Source: Alphaproteobacteria bacterium
GTDB taxonomy: Bacteria; Pseudomonadota; Alphaproteobacteria; SP197
Length of the DNA: 64,000 bases
Direction of reading: 5' to 3'
Assembly: GCA_964291415.2 (NCBI GenBank)
Contig: OZ219920.1
Location: 1,472,001 to 1,536,000, forward strand
Part shown: positions 1 to 19,859 of the stretch, one piece after another
How positions within the stretch are numbered: the stretch's first letter is position 1
Layout: each line of letters begins with the position of its first letter
Notes under the pieces: generated by a model
The model's database searches: none
Told to the model about the DNA's origin: nothing
Seen by the model: the letters and a program-made list of their open reading frames with translations, nothing else
Translations under genes and position numbers: made by a program

Positions 1-1687
1 TGAAGTCGGTCATCGGAAAGCCCGCCAGGACGCCCGAAACGGCCGCCCTCTCGATTCCGGCCCTGACCGAGGGGATGTACTCCTTGGGCACGTTGCCGCC
101 GGCAATCTGGCTGACGAACTCGATTCCTGAACCGGATTCGCCCGGTTCGAAGAGAATGCAGACCCTGGCGTACTGGCCGGCGCCACCGGTCTGCTTGCGG
201 TGCACGTAGTCGACGTCACGGGACCGTGTCAGGGTCTCGCGGTAGGCAACCTGGGGAGCGCCGATGTTGGCCTCGACGTTGAATTCGCGGCGCATCCTGT
301 CAACGATGATTTCGAGGTGCAGTTCGCCCATGCCCCTGATGATCGTCTGCGCCGATTCCTCGTCCGTTGACACTCTGAACGACGGGTCCTCGTCGGCGAG
401 CCGGGTCAGCGCCATCCCCATGCGATCATGGTCGGCACGGGTCTTCGGTTCGACCGCGACCTCGATGACGGGATCGGGAAACTCCATGCGCTCGAGGACC
501 ACCGGTTCCCTGGGCGAACAGATGGTGTCACCCGTGGTGGTTCCCTTGAGACCGCACAGGGCAACGATGTCGCCGGCGCGGGCCTCATTGATATCCTCGC
601 GGCTGTTGGCGTGCATGAGCAGCATGCGTCCGGCCCGTCCGCGGGCCCCCTTGGCGGCATTGAACAGCTGATCACCGGTCTTCAAGACACCCGAATAGAT
701 GCGGGCGAAGGTGAGTGTGCCGACGTAGCGGTCCGCCATCACCTTGAAGGCAAGGGCGGCGAATGGCGCCTCGTCGCTGCTTTCCCGTGTCACCTCCTCT
801 CCGGTCTTCGGCACCACGCCGCGAATTGGCGGTACGTCCAGGGGCGAAGGCAGATAGTGCACCACTGCGTCGAGCAGTGGCTGCACGCCCTTGTTCTTGA
901 AGGCGCTGCCGAGCAGCATCGGGACTGAGGTCCTGTCGAGTGTTCCCGCACGAATACACCGCACCAGGGTCTCGGCATCGGGATCGGCGCCATCGAGATA
1001 GGCTTCCATGGCGTCGTTGTCGTGCTCGATCACCGCATCGACGAGCCTGGAGCGCCATTCGCTGGCGTCGGCGCGCAACTCTTCCGGAATCTCCGACTCC
1101 TCGAAGCGTGCGCCCTTGACGTCGTCGTGCCAGATCAGCGCCTTCATGCTCACGAGATCCACGATGCCGCGGAAGCCCGCTTCCGTGCCCACGGGCAATT
1201 GCAACACCGCCGGCGTGACGCCGAAACGTTCGACGATCATGTTGACGCAACGAAAGAAATCGGCGCCAACACGATCCATCTTGTTGATGAAACAGATGCG
1301 CGGCACACCGTACTTGTCGGCCTGGCGCCACACGGTTTCGGATTGCGGCTCGACGCCCGAGACGGCGTCGAAGACCGCCACGGCGCCATCAAGGACACGC
1401 AGACTGCGCTCGACCTCGATGGTGAAGTCGACGTGACCGGGAGTATCGATGATGTTGATCCGATGGTCGCACCAGTGAGCGGTGGTTGCGGCCGAGGTGA
1501 TCGTGATGCCACGCTCCTGTTCCTGCTCCATCCAGTCCATGGTGGCCGTGCCCTCATGGACTTCGCCAATCTTGTGGGATCGGCCGGTGTAGTAGAGGAT
1601 GCGCTCGGTCGTGGTCGTCTTGCCGGCATCGATGTGGGCCATGATGCCGATGTTGCGATAGCGCTCTATTGCGTGACGTCGTGTCAT
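1..1687 (-). CDS. fusA: Elongation factor G (3' end runs off the window)
   Basis: Manual translation from ATG at 1687 gives [35 protein letters not shown]; lies downstream of rpsL-rpsG; absent from the ORF track because no stop occurs in the window. Confidence 0.98.
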   Translation of the reverse strand, partial: MTRRHAIERYRNIGIMAHIDAGKTTTTERILYYTGRSHKIGEVHEGTATMDWMEQEQERGITITSAATTAHWCDHRINIIDTPGHVDFTIEVERSLRVLDGAVAVFDAVSGVEPQSETVWRQADKYGVPRICFINKMDRVGADFFRCVNMIVERFGVTPAVLQLPVGTEAGFRGIVDLVSMKALIWHDDVKGARFEESEIPEELRADASEWRSRLVDAVIEHDNDAMEAYLDGADPDAETLVRCIRAGTLDRTSVPMLLGSAFKNKGVQPLLDAVVHYLPSPLDVPPIRGVVPKTGEEVTRESSDEAPFAALAFKVMADRYVGTLTFARIYSGVLKTGDQLFNAAKGARGRAGRMLLMHANSREDINEARAGDIVALCGLKGTTTGDTICSPREPVVLERMEFPDPVIEVAVEPKTRADHDRMGMALTRLADEDPSFRVSTDEESAQTIIRGMGELHLEIIVDRMRREFNVEANIGAPQVAYRETLTRSRDVDYVHRKQTGGAGQYARVCILFEPGESGSGIEFVSQIAGGNVPKEYIPSVRAGIERAAVSGVLAGFPMTDF

Positions 1688-1740
1688 TCCTGCTCGTCCT
1701 TGGGGTCGCTTCGGAGGCCCCGGGTTACCAGCTTCGACCG

Positions 1741-2211
1741 CTACCAGCGGTAGTGCGAAAACGCCTTGTTCGCGTCCGCCATCCGATGGGTGTCTTCACG
1801 TTTCTTGACGGCTGCGCCGCGTTGTCTCGAGGCATCCAGGAACTCACCCGAAAGGCGCTGCACCATGGTGGTCTCCGAGCGGGCTCGCGCGGCGCCGATG
1901 AGCCAGCGGATGGCGAGGGCCTGCTGTCTGTCGGGACCGACCTCCACCGGCACCTGGTAGGTGGCGCCGCCGATGCGCCGGGAACGCACCTCGACAGCCG
2001 GCCTGACGGCGTTCAACGCCAGATGAAAGACGCCGATGGGATCCTGGCCGGTGGTGTCGCGAATTCTGTCAAGGGCACCATAGACGATGCCCTCGGCGAC
2101 CGCTTTCTTGCCGTCTCGCATGACGCTGTTGATGAACTTGGTGAGCACGATGTCACCATGGAGTGCGTCGGGAAGGACATCCCGCCTTTCGGCGGCGCGG
2201 CGGCGTGACAT
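1741..2211 (-). CDS. rpsG: 30S ribosomal protein S7
   Basis: [10 protein letters not shown]...[14 protein letters not shown]...[10 protein letters not shown], 156 aa from ATG at 2211. Confidence 0.98.
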   Translation of the reverse strand: MSRRRAAERRDVLPDALHGDIVLTKFINSVMRDGKKAVAEGIVYGALDRIRDTTGQDPIGVFHLALNAVRPAVEVRSRRIGGATYQVPVEVGPDRQQALAIRWLIGAARARSETTMVQRLSGEFLDASRQRGAAVKKREDTHRMADANKAFSHYRW

Positions 2212-2225
2212 GGCGGGGTCCTTTC

Positions 2226-2597
2226 CTACCTGGGACGCTTGGCGCCGTACTTTGAACGGCTCTGGCGGCGCTGGGCGATGCCCTGGGTATCGAGGGTGCC
2301 GCGAATGATATGGTAGCGCACCCCGGGAAGGTCCTTGACGCGGCCGCCCCTGATCATGACCACCGAGTGCTCCTGCAGGTTGTGACCCTCGCCCGGAATG
2401 TAACTCGTCACCTCGAAACCATTTGTCAGACGAACCCGCGCCACCTTGCGCAGGGCCGAATTCGGCTTCTTGGGCGTCGTCGTGTAGACGCGGGTGCACA
2501 CGCCGCGCTTCTGCGGACAGGCCTCGAGGGCCGGCACCTTGTTACGCGCCCGCCGCGGCTTGCGCGGCTTGCGGATCAGCTGGTTCACGGTCGGCAT
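2226..2597 (-). CDS. rpsL: 30S ribosomal protein S12
   Basis: [17 protein letters not shown] and [12 protein letters not shown] motifs. Confidence 0.99.
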   Translation of the reverse strand: MPTVNQLIRKPRKPRRARNKVPALEACPQKRGVCTRVYTTTPKKPNSALRKVARVRLTNGFEVTSYIPGEGHNLQEHSVVMIRGGRVKDLPGVRYHIIRGTLDTQGIAQRRQSRSKYGAKRPR

Positions 2598-2728
2598 GCG
2601 CCTGGTTCCCGTATCCGTCGCACAAACAAAACACTTCCCGTTCTCCCGCGTGGCCCGCGCCCCGGGATTGTGAGAGTGTGTTCAAGGGCTTCCCCTTCCC
2701 CTCCCCGCAGGGTGGCAAGGGGAAGCGG

Positions 2729-2757
2729 ACTATAAGGCCGGCCCGTCACCCGGTCAA
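2729..2757 (-). promoter_or_regulatory. Sigma70-type promoter of the str operon
   Basis: TTGACC-17 nt-TATAGT on the minus strand upstream of rpsL. Confidence 0.65.
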
Positions 2758-2786
2758 GTCCCCCGAAACAGCGAAATATCGGGTTT

Positions 2787-6986
<4,200 letters not shown>

Positions 6987-7010
6987 GCCCTGTCTCCTGT
7001 TGACTGGCGG

Positions 7011-11846
<4,836 letters not shown>

Positions 11847-11940
11847 GATGTCAGCCCCTGCAATCGATCAGTCCGGGAAAGTGCGTTGATCCTCGCCCCT
11901 CGCCGGCAAAACCATGGGCCCTGCCGGCGAGGAAACAGGA

Positions 11941-11971
11941 TTGCCACAAGGAGGTGGCCCCCTTGTGGCGG
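11941..11971 (-). terminator. Stem-loop after rplL (possible attenuator/terminator before rpoB)
   Basis: GCCACAAGG...CCTTGTGGC inverted repeat just past the rplL stop; no strong U tract. Confidence 0.4.
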
Positions 11972-11985
11972 AAACGAATGTCGAC

Positions 11986-12366
11986 CTACTTGACCTCGAC
12001 GGTCGCGCCAGCGTCCTCGAGACGTTTCTGCAAGGCATCGGCCTCGTCCCTGGAGACACCTTCCTTCACCGCCTTTGGCACATCCTCGACAAGAGCCTTG
12101 GCTTCCTTGAGGCCGAGATCGGTGATCGCGCGGACCTCCTTGATGACAGGAATCTTGCTGGTGCCGAAGCCGGTGAGGACGACATCGAATTCCGTCTTTT
12201 CTTCGACCTCGGCCTGCTCGTCTCCCGCGCCTCCGGGTGCGGCCGCGACAGCGACGGGTTGGGCGGCGCTCACGCCCCATTTTTCCTCGAGCAGCTTCGA
12301 GAGCTCCGCCGCCTCGATGACGGTGAGCGATGACAGGTCCTCGACGAGTTGTTCAATCTTGCTCAT
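11986..12366 (-). CDS. rplL: 50S ribosomal protein L7/L12
   Basis: [21 protein letters not shown]. Confidence 0.98.
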   Translation of the reverse strand: MSKIEQLVEDLSSLTVIEAAELSKLLEEKWGVSAAQPVAVAAAPGGAGDEQAEVEEKTEFDVVLTGFGTSKIPVIKEVRAITDLGLKEAKALVEDVPKAVKEGVSRDEADALQKRLEDAGATVEVK

Positions 12367-12414
12367 GGTCTTCCATAACTCCAGTTGGGGTGTTTCGGTT
12401 GTGGCCGAACCGGA

Positions 12415-12924
12415 TCATTCCGCCGCTTGCCGGGAATCGAGCAGCCGGGCAATGCGACTCCCCGGTTCCTGCAGGACTCCTGCAACCCTCGTTGCCGGCG
12501 TGTTGATCAGCATGATCAGCTTGGCACGCAGTTCATCGAGCGACGGCAGCTGGGCAATCGTCCGGACCCCGTCCGCGTCGAGCGGCCGACCGGCCATGGT
12601 TCCTCCGACAATGACCAGCTTGCTGTTCTTCTTCGCATAGTCGACGGTGACCCTGGCGCCGGCCACGGGGTCCGTTGCCGTGGCAATGGCGGAGGGCCCA
12701 TGGAACATCTCGGCAATCGCCTCCATCCCGGCATGCTGCAGGGCACGCAGAACCAGCCGGTTCTTGACCACCCGGAAGCTGGCGCCGGCATCGCGCACCG
12801 AACGCCGAAGCTCGGTCGCCTCGGCAACTGTGAGACCCTCGTGACGCGCGACGACGACGATCCCGGCTCCGCCGAGAACGCTCTCGAGTTCACTGACGAT
12901 CTCTTCCTTCCTTGAACGTTCCAA
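12415..12924 (-). CDS. rplJ: 50S ribosomal protein L10
   Basis: VVKNRL and LPSLDELRAKL motifs; TTG start after GGAGG. Confidence 0.96.
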   Translation of the reverse strand: MERSRKEEIVSELESVLGGAGIVVVARHEGLTVAEATELRRSVRDAGASFRVVKNRLVLRALQHAGMEAIAEMFHGPSAIATATDPVAGARVTVDYAKKNSKLVIVGGTMAGRPLDADGVRTIAQLPSLDELRAKLIMLINTPATRVAGVLQEPGSRIARLLDSRQAAE

Positions 12925-13075
12925 AGGACTCCTCCATCAGATCGAAACGCCGGGCCGAAGCCCGTCGATCCGGTTCACTGGTTGTCCACCTCCCCCGATT
13001 TCAGGGACGAGGGGGACGTTGGTGTCCTGCCCCGGAATCCCCTCCTGGTCCCGGAATGCCGGAACCGGCTGGTCT

Positions 13076-13138
13076 CCCGTCTCATGCCGGCGGCTTTGCC
13101 ATTGAACCCGCCATCGGGTACCGGCAGTCTCGGACAGG
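13076..13138 (-). promoter_or_regulatory. Ribosomal protein L10 leader RNA
   Basis: CCTGTCCGAGACTGCCGG...CCGGCATGAGACGGG pairing pattern in the rplA-rplJ spacer, matching the usual L10 leader layout. Confidence 0.7.
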
Positions 13139-13198
13139 GTTGCGGCACGCCGGAGCATGCCGCCGGACGGCCGGAGCCGTCCCTAGGTCCCGGGGCCG

Positions 13199-13897
13199 TC
13201 AGGCGGCCACGAGGCTTTGCGTGGCAACGTGGACACCCGGCCCCATGGTGGTGCTGAGTGTCGCCCGTTTCATGTAGGTTCCCTTGACAGCCTGGGGCCG
13301 TGCCTTCGCCACGGCATCCACCAGCGCCCGGGTGTTCTCGGCAATCTTCTCGACCGGAAAGGACACCTTGCCGACACCCGCGTGGATGATGCCCGCCCGT
13401 TCCACGCGGTACTCGACCTGGCCAGCCTTCGCGGCGGTCACGGCGCCGGCGACATCCATGGTGACGGTGCCAAGCTTCGGGTTGGGCATGAGACCGCGCG
13501 GCCCGAGTATCTTTCCCAGCCGGCCGACGACAGGCATCATGTCGGGTGTGGCGACGCAGCGGTCGAATCCGAGATCGCCTTCCTGGATACTCTGGGCGAG
13601 ATCCTCCGCACCGACTCTGTCGGCGCCGGCTTCGCGGGCCTCGTCAGCCTTGGCGTCGCGAGCAAACACGGCGACCCTGACCACGCGTCCGGTGCCGTGC
13701 GGCAGGCTGACCACGCCGCGCACCATCTGGTCGGCATGGCGAGGATCGACATTGAGATTGAGCGCCAGTTCGACAGTCTCGTCAAACTTGGCGAAGGCCG
13801 TGTCCTTGAGCGCCTGTATCGCCTCTTCGAGAGCATAGTCCCGCTCGCGATCGACGGTCTGATAGGCCGCGTCGAGTTTCTTGCCGTGTCCTGCCAT
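13199..13897 (-). CDS. rplA: 50S ribosomal protein L1
   Basis: [24 protein letters not shown]; start MAGHGKK at 13897. Confidence 0.98.
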   Translation of the reverse strand: MAGHGKKLDAAYQTVDRERDYALEEAIQALKDTAFAKFDETVELALNLNVDPRHADQMVRGVVSLPHGTGRVVRVAVFARDAKADEAREAGADRVGAEDLAQSIQEGDLGFDRCVATPDMMPVVGRLGKILGPRGLMPNPKLGTVTMDVAGAVTAAKAGQVEYRVERAGIIHAGVGKVSFPVEKIAENTRALVDAVAKARPQAVKGTYMKRATLSTTMGPGVHVATQSLVAA

Positions 13898-13901
13898 CGT
13901 C

Positions 13902-14330
13902 CTACTCCACCACCTCGACACCCATGGATCGCGCCGTTCCGGCGATGATCCTGGATGCCGCGTCGATACCGTTGGCGTTGAGGTCCACCATCTTCGCCTC
14001 GGCAATCTCGCGCACCTGCTCCATGGTCACCGATCCGGCAACGGCACGGCCAGGCAAGGCCTCACCCTTTTCGAGACCGGCCGCCCTCCTGATGTACCAT
14101 GCCGCGGGCGGAGTCCTTGTGATGAAGGTGAACGAACGGTCCGCATAGGCCGTGATGACCGTCGGCACCGGAGTACCCTGCTCGACGTTCTGCGTCGCCG
14201 CATTGAAGGCCTTGCAGAACTCCATGATGTTGAGGCCGCGCTGACCGAGCGCCGGACCGATGGGAGGCGACGGATTCGCCGCTCCTGCCGGAACCGTGAG
14301 CTTGATCATGCCTGCGATCTTCTTGGCCAT
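13902..14330 (-). CDS. rplK: 50S ribosomal protein L11
   Basis: [26 protein letters not shown]. Confidence 0.99.
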   Translation of the reverse strand: MAKKIAGMIKLTVPAGAANPSPPIGPALGQRGLNIMEFCKAFNAATQNVEQGTPVPTVITAYADRSFTFITRTPPAAWYIRRAAGLEKGEALPGRAVAGSVTMEQVREIAEAKMVDLNANGIDAASRIIAGTARSMGVEVVE

Positions 14331-14362
14331 TGTCTTGCGATTTCCATCCTCTGGTGGAGGTC

Positions 14363-14893
14363 TCAGGTCTTCTCGACCTGGGTGTATTCAAGTTCGACGG
14401 GCGTGGGGCGGCCGAAGATCAGCACCGCGACCTTCAGGCGCGCCCGGTTCTCGTCGATTTCCTGGACCGTGCCGTTGAAGGACGTGAACGGCCCGTCGGC
14501 CACGCGCACACTCTCGCCAATCTCGAAGGTGATGGATGGCCGCGGCCGCTCGACCCCTTCCTGCACCTGGCTGATGATGCGCGCCGCCTCGGAATCGGGA
14601 ATTGGCCTGGGACGGTTGCCGGCCCCGAGGAAACCGCTGACCTTCGGCGTGTCCTTGACCAGGTGCCAGGTGGCATCCGTGAGCTCCATGTGCACCAGCA
14701 CGTAGCCGGGAAAGAACTTCCGGTCGGTCGAGATCTGCTTGCCACCACGCATCTCCATGACCTTCTCCGAGGGAACCAGGACCTGGCAGATCTGTTCCGT
14801 CATGCCACTCGCCTCGGCGCGTTCCCTGATCGCGTTCTCGACCTTCTTCTCGAAGCCGGAGTAGCAATGGACGATGTACCAGCGATGCGTCAC
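14363..14893 (-). CDS. nusG: Transcription factor NusG
   Basis: [23 protein letters not shown] motif, [10 protein letters not shown]; GTG start overlaps the secE stop. Confidence 0.97.
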   Translation of the reverse strand: MTHRWYIVHCYSGFEKKVENAIRERAEASGMTEQICQVLVPSEKVMEMRGGKQISTDRKFFPGYVLVHMELTDATWHLVKDTPKVSGFLGAGNRPRPIPDSEAARIISQVQEGVERPRPSITFEIGESVRVADGPFTSFNGTVQEIDENRARLKVAVLIFGRPTPVELEYTQVEKT

Positions 14894-15099
14894 AGCCCCT
14901 GCCTCCCCAGCCCGAGGATGATCTGGATTGCCTCGGCGAAGACGAGATCGATCAGGAAGAAGAAGATGGCCACGAGCACGATCATCGCGAACACGGTGAG
15001 CGTCGTGATTCCCGCTTCCCTGGTCGTCGGCCAGGTCACCTTTCTGATGGCCTCGGCCCGGACCTGTCTGACAAATTCGGCCGGTGACACTTTCGCCAT
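14890..15099 (-). CDS. secE: Preprotein translocase SecE
   Basis: EFVRQVRAEAIRKVTWPT plus one TM helix, between tRNA-Trp and nusG. Confidence 0.95.
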   Translation of the reverse strand: MAKVSPAEFVRQVRAEAIRKVTWPTTREAGITTLTVFAMIVLVAIFFFLIDLVFAEAIQIILGLGRQGL

Positions 15100-15145
15100 G
15101 AGCTGATCCGCTGTTTCCCTGCTCCTCAATCAAGGGGTCCGCCGG

Positions 15146-15221
15146 TGGCAGGAGTGGCAGGACTCGAACCCGCAACCCCCGGTTTTGGAGACCGGTGCTC
15201 TACCAGTTGAGCTACACTCCT
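15146..15221 (-). tRNA. tRNA-Trp (CCA)
   Basis: AGGAGTGTAGCTCAACTGGTAGAGCACCGGTCTCCAAAACCGG...GGTTCGAGTCC...CTCCTGCCA, 76 nt. Confidence 0.97.
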
Positions 15222-15235
15222 TGAAGATCGTTCCT

Positions 15236-16426
<1,191 letters not shown>

Positions 16427-16509
16427 CCTTCTCGACCTCTCCTGGTCAATGACCCTCCCTCGAAGAGGGGGGTGTTCCTGGTTATCACATCTTGGTCCCG
16501 GGTCCGGGG

Positions 16510-16580
16510 AGCGGGTGGCGGGAATCGAACCCGCGTAACCAGCTTGGAAGGCTGGGGCTCTGCCACTGAGCTACACCCGC
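16510..16580 (-). tRNA. tRNA-Gly (TCC), full CCA not encoded
   Basis: GCGGGTGTAGCTCAGTGGCAGAGCCCCAGCCTTCCAAGCTGG...GGTTCGATTCCCGCCACCCGCT. Confidence 0.96.
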
Positions 16581-16617
16581 CTCATCGGGGCTCACAACCG
16601 CCCCCCTGGACCATGGA

Positions 16618-16702
16618 TGGTGGAGGGAGGTGGATTCGAACCACCGTAGGCATAGCCAACGGGTTTACAGCCCGTCCCTTTTAACCGCTCAGGCATCCCT
16701 CC
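16618..16702 (-). tRNA. tRNA-Tyr (GTA)
   Basis: GGAGGGATGCCTGAGCGG...GGCTGTAAACCC, long variable arm, ends CCA; 85 nt. Confidence 0.96.
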
Positions 16703-16842
16703 GGGCAACATGTACTGCTGATGAATGGTTTCGCGACACGTTCAATCCGACAGCAGCCGCGCAACAAGGGCAGTGCCTCCTGCACCGTTGACGACCACGC
16801 CGGATTTCCAATTGGTGGAGCGCTCATATATAGCACAACGCC

Positions 16843-17586
16843 ATGGTCCGCAAGCGCTTGGCACAACAAAAGTTCGCGCGGCCGCTGTGGATCCATGGAC
16901 ACCATCCGGTGGCAGCGGCACTCGCCAATCCGCGGCGGCGCGTGGTGCGCCTCGCAGCCACGCGCGAGATGCTCGAGCGGCTGGCGCCGCTCGTCGCCGG
17001 GCGCCCCGACACGATCACCTGCGAGGCGATGACGACATCGTCGATTGCGGCCCTGCTTGACGGCGACACCCGCCACCAGGGGGCGGCGCTGCTCGTGCAT
17101 CCGCTGCCCGACCTCGCCATCCGCGACATTCCCGGATCGGCCGACATCGTCGTGGTCCTCGACCGCATCAGCGATCCCCGCAACGCCGGCGCCATCATGC
17201 GATCGGCCGCGGCCTTTGGCGCGGCGGCGGTCGTTATGCAGGAGCGGCATGCGCCTCCGCCCACGGCGGCGTTCGCCCGTGCCGCCTCCGGCGCCCTCGA
17301 GTGGGTGCCCCTGGTGCGCGTCTCCAACATCGCCCGCGCCCTCGATGACCTCAAGCAACGCGGTTTCTGGATCACCGGCCTCGAGGCCGAAGCATCCCTC
17401 ACCCTGGGCCAGGCGCCGGTGCCGCTTCCCGCCGCCCTGGTCCTCGGCGCCGAGGGGAGCGGGCTGCGCCGACTCGTTGCCAAGACCTGCGATCAGCTGG
17501 TGAGCATCGCCACTCCGGGCCGTGATCTCAGTCTCAACGTGGCAAGTGCCGCCGCCATCGCCCTCCACCAGATCCGAACCCATTGA
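16843..17586 (+). CDS. rlmB: 23S rRNA 2'-O-methyltransferase (RlmB/TrmH SPOUT family)
   Basis: HQG, DPRNAGAIMRSA, VLGAEGSGLR, SLNVASA; divergent from tRNA-Tyr as is usual in Alphaproteobacteria. Confidence 0.93.
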   Translation: MVRKRLAQQKFARPLWIHGHHPVAAALANPRRRVVRLAATREMLERLAPLVAGRPDTITCEAMTTSSIAALLDGDTRHQGAALLVHPLPDLAIRDIPGSADIVVVLDRISDPRNAGAIMRSAAAFGAAAVVMQERHAPPPTAAFARAASGALEWVPLVRVSNIARALDDLKQRGFWITGLEAEASLTLGQAPVPLPAALVLGAEGSGLRRLVAKTCDQLVSIATPGRDLSLNVASAAAIALHQIRTH

Positions 17587-17795
17587 CGAAAGCCCTGTGT
17601 GGACTGTCCTCCCCGGGCCATCATGCAGGGGTGCACAATACCACCCTTCACGCATCACATGCGGACGCCAACACACACCTGCCCACATCAGTGATGCCCG
17701 TCCCGTGTGCGCCCGCTGCCAGTTGAAGACTCGCAGGTTCAAGGTCCGGTCCTGTTGCTCAGTCTCTCCGGATTCCTGCTGCCGCGTCCGCTCAG

Positions 17796-18055
17796 CTACC
17801 GTTCTCGGCAATCACGGGCGTCCGCAGTCGAAGTCGGGGAACTGTCCGCCAGCGCCACGGGCGCAGGAAACATCGGGACCTCCACTTTCCCTTGAGCCGC
17901 CGACTGCCAGAGAGTCACCGTCTCTTCGATCTTTGCCTGGCGGAGTTCCCAGGTCGTCTGCAAGTTCATCCGGAACTGCGGCGGCGTCCCGAAACATCGC
18001 GTGAGCCGCAGCGCGGTGTCGGCACTCACGCCTCTGGCCCGTGTTCCCGTTCACC
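17796..18055 (-). pseudogene. HigA-family antitoxin remnant (C-terminal half only)
   Basis: VSADTALRLTRCFGTPPQFRMNLQ resembles the HigA pattern (S/T)ADTALRLARYFGTSPEFWMNLQ; preceding VNG segment is in another frame; no HTH N-terminus or toxin seen. Confidence 0.7.
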
Positions 18056-18156
18056 CACCACAATCGCACGGCAGGGTGACCGGCAGCATTGTCGCCACCC
18101 GGTCCACCCGCGTGCCATCACGTGCGTCGGCAATCCGGTTCGCCATGCTCGGCTGC

Positions 18157-19627
18157 TCAAACGAGTGACGCCATGTCCCCGCGGCCGATGATGGCCTGCT
18201 GAATAGCCTGCCTTCAGCCGTCTCAGGGCCGGACCCAACTTGCCAACCCCGTCCTGGTCGAATGCGGGGACACGTGCGTCGAGCGCCTCGTGCAACGCCG
18301 CGAGTCGCGGCGGCGGACGCCGTCGCGAGAGACGGAAGGCCTGTATGACGGCGATGCTGAGCGTTGCCAGCGAGGCGTCCACGGCATCGGCGACGTCGAG
18401 GTATCGCTCGTAGGCCAGGAATACCGGAGCCGCGATGTCCGATTGCCCTCCACCGGGATCCTCCAAACCGATGGACAGCACTGCCGGCACTGCAGCCTGA
18501 CGCGCCCTCTCCGCGTGACTCGTCTGCGACCAGGCGATGAACTCCGTGTTGATCACCCCGGAGTCGGCGGGCACCAGCAATTTCGGCAGACCGAATGCCG
18601 CGCCATCGAGCAGCCGCCAGGTCTGCTTCGCCGCGAGGGCGCAGATGTCGGCCCCTGCGACGTTCAGCATGTCGATGGCGCGACTGGCCTGATGGTTGTG
18701 AAAGCCACCGGTCGAAATCGCCCGGCCGTTCGGATGTCCGGTTTCGGGCGGCAGGTAGACCGGGTTGTGCGCGATTGACTGGAGCGAGTGCTCGGCCGTT
18801 TCCTGCGCGCCGCGTACTGTCCCCGCCACCGTAGCCAGGACGGTGGGCACGATTCGCCAGCTGACCGGCGCCTGGTGCGGAAGCCTCCCCGATTCCGGGA
18901 CACCGGTCAGGTACTCGTTCAACCGTTGCAGCACGCCACGGTGATCCGGGTCGGCGGCAAGGTCCTGCAGGGCGGGGTCGAAGAGATCGAGCGGCGCGGC
19001 CACCGCCTCGACGGTGAGGGCAAGGATGCGCTCCACCAGGCGAAGGCGCCTTTGCGCCGTCAGGACGGCGTCGGTGACGAATGCGGTAGCGCAGGGTGAT
19101 CCGTTGAAGAGAGACATCAGCTCGCCGGCGGCAAGCTCGACATCGTCAAGTTTCGGATAGAGCCAGCTCAACGGCATGACCTCACCGGGTCCGGTGGCGC
19201 TGTCGAGCGGCATGGCCGGCACAGGTCGGGAAAGAAGCCCCGCGACCCACTCGGCGGTTGCGACACGGACTCTCCCGTGGCCTTCGAGGTAGCTCGCCAC
19301 GCGGGCGAGCAGCACCAGACGGGCTGCGTGTTCGGGGACCCACCGATTGCCGACTCCGAACTTCCATGGAGCCCACAGGTGCTGCGAGCGCGCCAGAGCC
19401 TCGCGATCCTCTTCGGAGAGCGGCGTCTTGGCGCGGGCGCCCGGCGCCGTCGTGGCCCCATACACGAATCCGGCGCGATCGCTCGCCAGGAGCCGTTCGA
19501 AGGCTTCCCTGCACTCTCCGATGCGCGTCCTGGCGCGATCCGACAAGGCGATGCCGGCGTTCTCGAATCCAACCTGCCATGCGGCGTCGAGTGTCACGTC
19601 GGAAAGGGCGGACAAGGTCACGATCAA
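18157..19627 (-). CDS. Aromatic amino acid/histidine ammonia-lyase superfamily protein lacking the MIO triad; probable 1-nt frameshift near the 3' end
   Basis: VYGATT, SLFNG, QAPVSWR, HNPVY...STGGFH; TTG at 19627 follows GAGGAGG; track ORF 18026..19966 overextends both ends. Confidence 0.8.
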
Positions 19628-19859
19628 CGCAGACGACCTCCTCGGCGCCGGCGGGATGGTGACCGAACGCGGCATGGCAATCGGCCCTGGCGGCCCCCGC
19701 CGCATCCCTGGCCGACCCGAATCAGACATGAGACCGGCGAGACCGCAGCGTTGCCCCAACGCCGGAATGACGGGACCGGAACTCCCCATGAGGAACCCCG
19801 GTCCCGAAGGTGTCTGTTCAGCCGCCCCGTCTGACGGCCTGAACTGCCTGGCTTGCGCC

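Noticed and set aside
19755-19810. REP-like GTCATTCCGGCG next to a hairpin between the binding protein and lyase genes
   Set aside because: Only one partial copy seen; more simply an intercistronic stem-loop
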